From an uncultured Candidatus Saccharibacteria bacterium (lineage in GTDB: Bacteria; Patescibacteriota; Minisyncoccia; Phycocordibacterales; PALSA-1337), in contig CAYPPJ010000003.1 of assembly GCA_964412585.1 (NCBI GenBank), positions 12,027 through 76,026 on the forward strand: a DNA stretch of 64,000 nt, written 5' to 3'. The notes beneath the pieces were generated by a model, which was not told the origin of the DNA, made no database searches, and saw only the letters and a list, made by a program, of their open reading frames with translations. A program made the position numbers and the translations under genes. Shown piece by piece: positions 31,001-36,424 of this stretch (positions are counted from its first letter, which is position 1; each line of letters starts with the position of its first letter).

Positions 31001-34000
31001 CGCAACTGGAGGATCATCACCAATCACTATTACCGGTCTCACCAACGGCCAGGCATATACATTCACCGTGACTGCCACGAATGCAAATGGAACGAGTATT
31101 TCTTCGGCTACAAGTAATGCGGTAACTCCAGCAACCGTTCCCGATGCTCCAACTGGCGTCTCTGCCGTACGCGGAAATGGGGAAGCTACAATTACCTTCA
31201 GTGCGCCAGGAAATAATGGAGGCTCATCGATTTTATACTATACCGTCACTTCAAACATCGGAGGATTCGTCGCATATGGTGGTTCCTCACCTATCACTAT
31301 TACAGGTCTTATTAACGGTCAGGCGTACACATTTACCGTAACCGCGACAAATAGTGCGGGAACAAGTTCGCCTTCTTCAACGTCAAATTCAGTAACGCCT
31401 GCAACAGTTCCAAATGCACCAACAGGCATCAGTGCTACGAGTGGAAATGGCCAGGCTACAGTCACCTTTACTCCACCTGCTGATAATGGCGGCGATACCA
31501 TTTCATATTACACAGTTACTTCTAACATTGGAGGATTTGTCGCTTATGGTGGGGCGTCACCGATCGTCGTTACTGGACTTTCAAATGGCGTCCCGTATAC
31601 GTTCACCGTCACAGCAACGAATAGTGTTGGAACAAGTACGCTATCGGCAACAAGTAATTCAGTAGTTCCTGCTACAGTTCCAGATGCTCCGACTATCGGT
31701 ACTGCAACAGCAGGAAATGGACAGGTTACTATTACATTCAGTGCGCCAGGTGATAACGGCGGCTCGGCGATTACGTATTACACCGTCACTTCAAACGTCG
31801 GCGGATTTACTACTTATGGCGCTTCGTCTCCTCTCATTGTGACGGGGCTTACGAATGGTCAGGCATACACATTTACCGTGACTGCGACAAATGCGGTCGG
31901 AACAAGTACAGCTTCGAGCGCGACGAGTGCGGTAACGCCTGCCACAGTTCCTGATGCTCCGACTGGCGTCTCTGCTGTTCGTGGAAATGGTCAAGCAACA
32001 ATTACATTCAGCGCTCCTTCATCAAATGGTGGATCAGCAATCACGTACTACACCGTTACTTCAAACGTTGGCGGACTCACGACATACGGCGCATCGTCTC
32101 CACTTGTTGTGACGGGACTTACGAATGGCCAGGCATATACATTCACCGTGACAGCAACGAATGCGTTTGGAACAAGTACTGTATCAGTTGCAAGCAATTC
32201 TATTTCTCCTGCAACTGTTCCTGATGCTCCAGTTATTGGTACCGCAACCGCAGGAAATGGGGAAGCAACAATTACATTCACTCCAGGATCAAGTGACGGA
32301 TATTCATCGGTCTTGTACTACACCGTTTCTTCAAATACTGGCGGATTTGTGGTCTATGGAGGAGCTTCTCCAATCGTGGTGACCGGTCTCTCAAATGGTA
32401 CAACGTATAACTTTACGGTTACCGCGACAAATGCAGTTGGCACAAGTACTGCTTCGAGCGCAACCAATTCGGTCACGCCAGTTACTGTCCCTGGGGCGCC
32501 AACATCGGTGAGTGCGGTTGGAGGTAATGGTCAGGCAACCATCACATTCACGCCTCCAGTTTCAAATGGTGGATCAGCAATTACTACATACACTGTGTCA
32601 TCAAACGTTGGTGGATTTACCGCAACAGGAGGGGCTTCGCCGATTGTTGTCACCGGACTCACAAATGGTACGACATATACATTCACCGTGACTGCAAGTA
32701 ATGCATTTGGGACCAGTACGGCTTCTGCAACGACAAACTCAGTTGTTCCTGCGACAGTTCCGAGCGCTCCAACCATTGGCACGGCAACAGCAGGAAACGG
32801 CCAGGCAACGATCACGTTCACTCCACCAGCAGACAATGGCGGCTCTTCGATCATTCGCTACACAGTTTCGTCTGATGTAGGCGGCTTCACCGCAACGGGA
32901 GGTTCGTCACCAATCGTTATTACCGGCCTTTCAAATGGAACGACCTACACATTTACCGTGACTGCGACTAATGCGGTTGGAACCAGTACTTCATCGGGAA
33001 CAACCAATTCAGTAACGCCAGCAACTATTCCTGGTGCTCCAACTATTGGAACCGCAACCGCAGGGAATGGTCAGGCAACTGTAACATTTAGTGCACCGGT
33101 TTCAGACGGGGGTTCAGCAATTCAATATTATACAGTTTCATCAAACACAGGAGGGTTCGTGGTGTATAGTGGTTCGTCACCAGTCATCATGACAGGCCTC
33201 TCAAATGGTACCTCGTATAACTTTACCGTGACCGCTACAAACGCAATTGGTACAAGTACCGCTTCTGCAACAACAAACTCAGTAACCCCGGCTACAGTTC
33301 CAGACGCGCCAACTATCGGCACAGCAACTCGTGGTAACGGGGAAGCAACGATTACATTTACTCCTCCAGTTTCTAACGGTGGTTCTGCAATCACGACATA
33401 TACAGTCACTTCAAATACGGGTATCACCGCGACGGGCGGTTCATCACCGATCGTAGTGACGGGCCTCACTAACGGCGTTGCCTACACATTTACCGTTACT
33501 GCAACAAATGCGATCGGTACGAGCACTGCATCAGCTTCAACAAATTCCGTTACGCCAGCAGAAGTTCCTGGAGCTCCGACTATTGGTACAGCAACTCGTG
33601 GCAATGGCCAGGCAACTATTACCTTCAGCGCACCTGGTGTTAGTGGAGGTTCTGCAATCTTGTATTACACCGTGACATCGAATACTGGTCTTAGTGCAAC
33701 TGGGGGATCTTCACCAATCACGATTACTGGTCTAACAAATGGTGTTGCGTATACCTTTACGGTGACCGCTACAAACGCAATTGGTACAAGTACCGCGTCT
33801 GCTACAACAAACTCAGTAACCCCAGCTACAGTTCCAGATGCACCAACTATCAGTACGGCAACTCGCGGTAACGGGGAAGCAACGATTACCTTCAACGCAC
33901 CAGGAGATAATGGTGGTTCGCCTATTTCATATTACACGGTCACCTCAAACGTCGGCGGATTTGTCGCATATGGCGGTTCTTCACCGATCACGATCACTGG

Positions 34001-35807
34001 CCTCACTAATGGTCAGGCATACACATTCACTGTGACTGCTACAAATGCGGTTGGCACAAGTACAGCTTCGAGCGCAACCAATTCGGTCACGCCAGCAACT
34101 ATTCCTGGTGCTCCAACTATTGGAACCGCAACCGCAGGGAATGGTCAGGCAACAATCACCTTTAGTGCACCAGTTTCAAATGGTGGTTCAGCGATCACTA
34201 TATACACTGTCACTTCAAATACGGGTATCACCGCGACAGGCGGTTCATCACCAATCACTGTTACTGGCCTCACTAATGGTCAGGCATACACATTCACCGT
34301 GACTGCATCGAACGCGCTCGGCACAAGTACCGCATCAGTAGCAAGTAATTCAGTTACTCCCGCAACCGTTCCTGACGCGCCAACAAATGTCGCGGCTTCT
34401 ATCGGCGATACATCTGCCGGCGTTACCTTCTCAGTCCCAGCAAATAACGGTTCGGCGATTACGTACTACACGGTGACATCTAATATTGGCGGTCACTCAA
34501 CAACAACTACGTCAACATCCGCCGTTGTTACCGGACTTACTAACGGCGTCACCTATACATTCACCGTGACAGCAACGAACGCGATTGGTACAAGCACTTC
34601 ATCGGGCACAAGTAATGGTATAACCCCTGCAACTGTTCCGAGTGCTCCGCTTAACCTCGCGGCGACGGTTCAAGATAGCAGTATCGATCTCTCATGGACT
34701 GCGCCAGCCTCGAACGGAGGATCAGCTCTTACGGATTATGTTATTGAGTATAAACTCTCAAGCGGTGGTAGCTGGTCAGTATTCTCGGATGGCATCAGTA
34801 CTACGCCTGCCGCTACGGTAACGAGTTTGTCGAACGATAATTCATATGACTTTAGGATATATGCAAAAAATGTTATTGGAACGGGCGTCGCTTCTTCGAT
34901 AGTCAGTGCGACACCCGGAGCTCCTGCGCAGGTCTTGATTCAGAGCTTCTCAAATTTGCTGACGCCGACGATCTCAACAAACGTACGTATTACTAACGAA
35001 GGTTCTATTGCATATGAATATCAGTACACCTGGTGTGTGACGGATTCGGCACTCAACCAGTGTGGTGGTGGCGATGACGTGTTCAGTTCAACTGCGGCAA
35101 AGCTCATTCAGCCGGGAGAGAATTTTGACACCGCACTCAACTCGACGGTTTCGGTTGCAGGCAATTACTACTTCCACATTAATGTACAGTTCGGTTCAGA
35201 TTCATCGAGCGCAAACCAATCTTTCACTGCGACTACAGCCGGGGCAACCGTTCCTGATGCACCTACTATTGGAACCGCAACCGCAGGGAATGGTCAGGCA
35301 ACAATCACTTTTAGTGCCCCGGGGAGTAATGGTGGTTCCGCAATCTTGTATTACACCGTAAGCTCGAACGTTGGAGGATTTATCTCATATACAGCTGGTT
35401 CGCCGGTGACTATAACGGGCCTCACCAATGGTACGGCGTACTCCTTCTCAGTGACTGCAACAAATGCGATCGGAACGAGTTCGGCATCTGCCTCAAGCAA
35501 CACGGTCACGCCAGCCACACCGGCAGCACCAAGTGGCGGCGGAGGTGGTGGAGGAGGCGGGGGTGGCGCTGGAGCTTCTGCGCCTGCAGCACCTGCTACA
35601 TCAGGTGTCATTGTCGGCGCGGATCTAAATGGTGATGGTAAAGTAAATTCAGTTGATTTTTCTATCATGCTCGCATTTTGGAAGACTGCCGCTCCATTCA
35701 AAAATCCTGGTGTAGATATAAACCATGATGGACATGTCAATTCAATTGATTTCTCGATTTTGCTTTATCAGTGGGGTAAAAAACCTATCTTTATTAAACA
35801 ACCATAA
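19020..35807 (+). CDS. giant (5,595 aa) secreted adhesin-like protein: signal peptide, Pro/Thr stalk, globular region, ~50 GLUG-like Gly-rich repeats, ~16 FN3 repeats, poly-Gly linker and C-terminal type-I dockerin
   Basis: A single uninterrupted ORF. The signal peptide is MNLRGSAQKLSVLLIVMIMFCGFVSTALA. The recurring unit is [AV]YAGGL[IV]G.N.G.I.NSY.TG.V followed by a GGxGG spacer. The FN3 units are ...PATVPDAPT..GNGQATITF..P..NGGS.I..YTVTSN.GG......SSPI.ITGLTNG..YTFTVTATNA.GTS.... The C-terminus carries the dockerin repeats DLNGDGKVNSVDFSIMLAFWK and DINHDGHVNSIDFSILLYQW. Confidence 0.85.
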   Translation: MNLRGSAQKLSVLLIVMIMFCGFVSTALADEADAPAPAADTSAPAVTAPAPEAPVTPAPEATPTPEVVPPTEPVVQPEPQPQPETPTADNQPPVTPVSDTVASTTAPVVVVLTGDVATSTNPVVGESVATSTDSLVVEPMATSTEVVASSTVPTSSASSTITEHASGGGSISTTTTPTVATTTGTTATSTNYYNFTYSTVWTITEGILETSTSTTATSTQATSTSVSATTTPTTVLASSTPETVVATSSLPTITEQLTDTGKVVVVSSTPEQELISPMINVPVRTEIPEIFRVGQESQIKITWSNNDNQQMEFVTYDDDGDGFIDHVSWVVPHLSTQTFEIILISNALRLDANKNTLEDIFAGVGTLDQNYISILDGQYVRVTFERMLSNTNDITLYARPTDANVPATIEVYTKDGVLVGTFATIDHDGRYRIVLSGLASSTDVFDLKVIGNVDIDYVTDPPANAYWVGGSGNWSDAANHWATVSGGAPGAGNLPDATTNVFFDATSGGAAVTATIDSSISIGSLTINGFTGTIVQSANLTITNSGGQSGNYLQSSAATFTATDPGTNTFSVTGSFLLNAGTFRRYTGIGNSSDPFIVFDVYGLQGMKTGLSSSYKLNNDINASVTSGWNSGAGFAPVGDSTTNFTGIFDGNNYTISNLFISTTTLSYVGLFGYSTNIIQDVTLTGVSIAATSTSGTAGSTGANGSDGSATSNGTAGGAGTAGSTLYLGGIVGYNTGTITNVGVNGTIIGTGGAGGAGGNGGNGGNITSGSNAGGAGGNAVSNAAATGGIAYVGGVVGYSQQGSITTATSSATVTGVGGAGGASGNAGNGGNGSVAGVGTGAGGAGGAAALPGAGNIAYVGGLIGWIQTGTVSSSFATGNVTARGGAGGNAGTSGTGGNAGVGGGGSALGGIGGAGAAGGAGGVAYAGGIAGNNSGTIRNGSYATSDVLASGGIPGNGSAGSASGASAAGSVIAAASSATATGGAGGAGAIAYAGGLVGQNNTPGFITGIVSPVYATGAVTAIGSTGKNGTAGGAGGSAGLTTSGTGGVGGAAGNGGAGGAAYAGGLIGISMGSLLTTNSSVGLVTVLGGAGGIGGTGGAGGAKGSAGTSGAGGASGSGGSAAVVASYAGGLIGSNVGTIRNSYSTNAVNGTAGAGGAGGVGVAAQTGLAGLGGGTGGAAGILYIGGVAGNSTLSITDSYHTTGAINGTAGAGGAAGAGGAGGAWTGGTQGAAGTAIIGGVVYAGGVVGNNTGTSLLNVYSTVDVTGTSGAGGAGANGGNGYTNTTGVAGVAGSVGLTGGTAYVGGVVGYMTNGEISNAYSTGTITAQGGVGGVGGNGGNGGAGTSNTGGAGGAGATGGAGGPAFGGGVAGIIILGTVSGSYNTGNIIVDAGDGGTAGNGGSGGVGGTNFAGGTGTVAGNGGAGGVAAAGGIAGQSAGVIQATSYSTGNVTALAGAAQVGGVGGNGGASVGTFVGAGAVGGAGGAGGAGATAYAAGIVGNNTNTIQNSYASGVILATASAGANGGAAGLGGSNATGGSSSTGAAGANGGAGGAGAVAYAGGIAGLSTAIIANTYIESGSATVIGSAGGIGATGGAGGTAGTGALGAIGGTGGAGGAGAVGYAGGLVAFNTGGTINNSHAFILASSTSGTSGVGGTGGAGGYGSTGGTGGIGVVGAASYAGGAVGLNTGVINGTYATGNAMATGGAGSANGGGGNGGNSSTSAGGAGGAAGAATTNLGGVAYAGGLVGLNGTNGSIQGASHASGNATSTGGAGGNGLTGGSGGTSTGAFTGGLGIAGGPGLSGGVAAAGGLVGFNSGAVASDSYAGGNAYANGGLGGSGGNGGNGGASGGGVVGVAGVGGGVGLTGGAAYAGGVIGNDSVLGTTISIPNTTGTVASLGGTGGNGGNGGNGGNGGSVSGGNGGAGGAAGAGGNGGLAASGGILGLNVGVIHDVTYTITSITASGGVAGTGGTGGNAGASGNVAAGAGANGGQGGAGGVGGAAYIGGLAGDNSGVIVDSVVTGSLTAAGRNGGDGGIGGTGGNGSLGTGGHAGGIGGAGGNGSSGGAVYIGGLVGQGNGNIQKSRAIGGTITVTSGGNGGTGGAGTAGGSGGSGSGKNGVGGGGGTGGVVGPVYAGGAIGYSSLVSVLIDTVSSSNNVTVTSGNGGTGGAGVAGVNGAAGSAGGGGGGGGAAGGLAVYAGGLEGYNSGAAQNISNSFATGNVTVYGGNGGTGQVGGAGAAAISAVVGGAGAAGGIGGAGGFAVAGGLVGFTNTLVAIASSSATGNVTVVAGNGGNAGNGGAGALGGAGQVGGAGGAGGAAGLGGASYAGGLIGLVTSGDIVNSSSTGIVQGTSGNGGNSGNGGSGGAGGSGVTGTIGTAGTLGANGGVNYTGGLVGDNTSAILNSYHVGGAVSATSGNGGNGGAGGDGGASGSITNGTAVAGGAGAAGGVGGAISVGGLVGRNGVTAVSATITGSYATTSVTAVGGNGGNGGAGGLGGNGSSGTNHIGGAGGAGGAGGAAATGVGTAIQIGGLVGQNVLGTITASYAQTGIASSTGGNGGTAALGGTGGIGTGTAVYGAGGAGAAGGAGGAIYAGGLVGYTTGVVEAGSYSKTSLVLTGGSGANGSAGISASANTGAAGSVPGGGGASGVIYAGGLAGYSTSDVISSYASYDAGSGRGNITVNGGTPGNGGNAGNGGSGLAAGGVGGAGGLGTAGTGGNASGAFVGGLVGFSSGIVTSSYADTLTISGIEQPGGTGGNGGSGGAGVGANNGGTGSVGGAGGAGGVRAYGGLVGDFLSTLGTVQGFSYSSVNISVTGGNGGNGGMGGTGGTSGASQSSGTAAIAGVGGAGGAGGATYGGGLIGRISGTTQVMRVSNSNATGNISVTSGNGGNGGQGGVGGNGSTGSGTHAGATGALGGVAGVGGEAGAGGLIGMSSLTSGSIDFIALNATGNASALGGNGGIQGTSGAGGASASGAAGAAGGGAVLTPPAGGAAYAGGLIGIHRVTLAPSGSGVINSYATGVVSAQGGIGAFGNTGGNGGTGGTIGGAGGAGGASGIGGEADAGGLVGLTSAGTGAIHYLNNYSTTGTTTATGGASGNGGSAGSSMSGGTGAGGSTGASGASAAGGAAFAGGLIAQTSATASSNLQITTNYSTKNVVAIGGASGNGADGVIGGAGGTSAIGGVGGAGGVSGAGGAAYAGGLIGTNGSSAGAGGGIIENVSYATGDVTSTSGNVGTAGNAGAGGASNSGTATTGASGGTAGTTGAGGAAYAGGLVAINGATGVILNSYAGGNVTSLARNGGMGGTGGAGGDASLSTGTGGSGVIGGAAGAGGDSYAGGLIGYNLSALNTITTSYSTSPTVTGTSGNGGQGGTGGNGGAPGIAAAGGAAGAGAAAGGGGTLYVGGLIGRNDGTVQAYSYSTANVTGIAGTGGTGGVGGNGADGAVGTSGAGGNGGVGGAATAGGAGGIAYGGAFVGRNETTRVIKDSYALGTLTLSGGAGGVGGVGGNGGNGGNGASAGTGGTGGNAGASGAGTVGGVKYGGGFAGYNLGTITSVYSVGTVSVTGAAGGAAGNGGNAGNGGNGGASGAGGTGGNQGATSNAGNGGVLHAGGLIGYNFTAGVISNSWTAGSVTTFGGVGGAAGVRGTSGTGGNGGTLAGGNGGTSVAGSAGGAGGASIAGGLIGSNINTGSFNNSYASTTVTMTGGDGAMGGTGGAGGNGGAGGSGGSGDGGTGRVGTIGGAGGTGGAVTGGGLVGDNTGAITNAYALGNITATAGSPASGGTGGNGGNGGTAGGGSAGTNGNGANGGAGGAGASAYVGGLLGSHATSLVTNAYSVGTPSATKTSGVAGGAGGVKGTGGTGGSNGSTGSTGASSALQYAGGIVGNPVSGTWASSYWNTTTSGKTDGAGNATTPTNTSGKTTTQMKQQATFTSWDFSILPIWKIAEASTYPYFDYQVAPDAPTTVVAVGGNGQATITFTPPANTGGGQILYYTVTSDVGGFTATGGSSPITITGLTNGQAYTFTVTATNANGTSISSATSNAVTPATVPDAPTGVSAVRGNGEATITFSAPGNNGGSSILYYTVTSNIGGFVAYGGSSPITITGLINGQAYTFTVTATNSAGTSSPSSTSNSVTPATVPNAPTGISATSGNGQATVTFTPPADNGGDTISYYTVTSNIGGFVAYGGASPIVVTGLSNGVPYTFTVTATNSVGTSTLSATSNSVVPATVPDAPTIGTATAGNGQVTITFSAPGDNGGSAITYYTVTSNVGGFTTYGASSPLIVTGLTNGQAYTFTVTATNAVGTSTASSATSAVTPATVPDAPTGVSAVRGNGQATITFSAPSSNGGSAITYYTVTSNVGGLTTYGASSPLVVTGLTNGQAYTFTVTATNAFGTSTVSVASNSISPATVPDAPVIGTATAGNGEATITFTPGSSDGYSSVLYYTVSSNTGGFVVYGGASPIVVTGLSNGTTYNFTVTATNAVGTSTASSATNSVTPVTVPGAPTSVSAVGGNGQATITFTPPVSNGGSAITTYTVSSNVGGFTATGGASPIVVTGLTNGTTYTFTVTASNAFGTSTASATTNSVVPATVPSAPTIGTATAGNGQATITFTPPADNGGSSIIRYTVSSDVGGFTATGGSSPIVITGLSNGTTYTFTVTATNAVGTSTSSGTTNSVTPATIPGAPTIGTATAGNGQATVTFSAPVSDGGSAIQYYTVSSNTGGFVVYSGSSPVIMTGLSNGTSYNFTVTATNAIGTSTASATTNSVTPATVPDAPTIGTATRGNGEATITFTPPVSNGGSAITTYTVTSNTGITATGGSSPIVVTGLTNGVAYTFTVTATNAIGTSTASASTNSVTPAEVPGAPTIGTATRGNGQATITFSAPGVSGGSAILYYTVTSNTGLSATGGSSPITITGLTNGVAYTFTVTATNAIGTSTASATTNSVTPATVPDAPTISTATRGNGEATITFNAPGDNGGSPISYYTVTSNVGGFVAYGGSSPITITGLTNGQAYTFTVTATNAVGTSTASSATNSVTPATIPGAPTIGTATAGNGQATITFSAPVSNGGSAITIYTVTSNTGITATGGSSPITVTGLTNGQAYTFTVTASNALGTSTASVASNSVTPATVPDAPTNVAASIGDTSAGVTFSVPANNGSAITYYTVTSNIGGHSTTTTSTSAVVTGLTNGVTYTFTVTATNAIGTSTSSGTSNGITPATVPSAPLNLAATVQDSSIDLSWTAPASNGGSALTDYVIEYKLSSGGSWSVFSDGISTTPAATVTSLSNDNSYDFRIYAKNVIGTGVASSIVSATPGAPAQVLIQSFSNLLTPTISTNVRITNEGSIAYEYQYTWCVTDSALNQCGGGDDVFSSTAAKLIQPGENFDTALNSTVSVAGNYYFHINVQFGSDSSSANQSFTATTAGATVPDAPTIGTATAGNGQATITFSAPGSNGGSAILYYTVSSNVGGFISYTAGSPVTITGLTNGTAYSFSVTATNAIGTSSASASSNTVTPATPAAPSGGGGGGGGGGGAGASAPAAPATSGVIVGADLNGDGKVNSVDFSIMLAFWKTAAPFKNPGVDINHDGHVNSIDFSILLYQWGKKPIFIKQP
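21010..30700 (+). repeat. array of ~50 degenerate GLUG-like repeats (~55-65 aa each) inside the giant CDS; Gly-codon-rich (GGT/GGA/GGC/GCG)
   Basis: Units were counted by eye from the translation (e.g. IAYVGGLIGWIQTGTVSSSFATGNV, ASYAGGLIGSNVGTIRNSYSTNAV). The boundaries are approximate. Confidence 0.6.
30864..35520 (+). repeat. tandem array of ~16 FN3-type repeats (~92 aa / ~276 nt period) with long near-identical nucleotide stretches
   Basis: Blocks such as caggcatacacattcaccgtgactgc and ttcctgatgctccgact recur. One divergent FN3 (YDFRIYAKNVIGTG) and a ~200-aa non-repeat insert (aa ~5290-5400) interrupt the array. Confidence 0.65.
35619..35804 (+). other. type-I dockerin module of the giant protein
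   Basis: Two 22-residue Ca-binding loop/helix repeats are present, D-L-N-G-D-G-K-V-N-x-x-D-F and D-I-N-H-D-G-H-V-N-x-x-D-F, each followed by a hydrophobic helix. Confidence 0.7.
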
Positions 35808-35809
35808 AT

Positions 35810-36424
35810 ATGTTTAAAATATCTTTACAACATTGGGTAATTGGCGTGCTAACGCTTGGGGTGACATGCATGCCACTTAGTATGCATGCAGCAGAATTGA
35901 AGTTTAACGTAGTGCCCGTGAGTGGAGTCGCTGACTCGGTAACACGCGTTGATGTCCGCATTGACCCGCAGTCAAAGAGGTTGAACGTCGTCGAGGGTGT
36001 TATCCAGTTTGGTGGCCCCGCCTCTGACAACCTCACCGTTCAGGTTGAAAATGGTCAGTCAATGTTACCCATGTGGCCGACACCTCCGCAGTATGATCCG
36101 AGGACAAAATCAATCCGGTTTACCGGGGGAGTGCCCAATGGTTTTGAATCAGAAGGGTTGTTGTTCAGGTTGCTGATTTCCTCGACCGTGACAGGTGATT
36201 TTACGATGTCATATACCGAGGGAAGTGCATATATAAATGACGGAAAGGGAACAAAGGAGCCAATGAAGGCGACGCCACTCACCATTCAGGCTGGTGTATC
36301 TGGTTCGACGGACAATTCTTCTAGGTCGAGCACCTACACCTATGGTATTATTATCGTATTGATTATTGTTGTGTGTGCAGGAATTTTTATCTATGGCCTT
36401 AGACATAAAGAGAAGCAATTATAG
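35810..36424 (+). CDS. membrane-anchored cohesin-domain protein (small type)
   Basis: The signal peptide is VIGVLTLGVTCMPLSMHAA. The cohesin-like region is LKFNVVPVSG...RVDVRIDPQSKRLNVVEGVIQFGG...LLFRLLISSTVTGDFTMSYTEGSAYINDGKG. The C-terminal TM is YGIIIVLIIVVCAGIFIYGL. The gene starts 3 nt after the giant gene's stop. Confidence 0.55.
   Translation: MFKISLQHWVIGVLTLGVTCMPLSMHAAELKFNVVPVSGVADSVTRVDVRIDPQSKRLNVVEGVIQFGGPASDNLTVQVENGQSMLPMWPTPPQYDPRTKSIRFTGGVPNGFESEGLLFRLLISSTVTGDFTMSYTEGSAYINDGKGTKEPMKATPLTIQAGVSGSTDNSSRSSTYTYGIIIVLIIVVCAGIFIYGLRHKEKQL

Noticed and set aside
19020-35807. Whether the highly periodic repeats could be a CRISPR array or a non-coding satellite
   Set aside because: The periods are long (~170-190 nt and ~276 nt), not 28-37 nt repeats with unique spacers. 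The whole region is one uninterrupted ORF with coherent protein motifs (GLUG-like, FN3, dockerin), and no cas genes are present.
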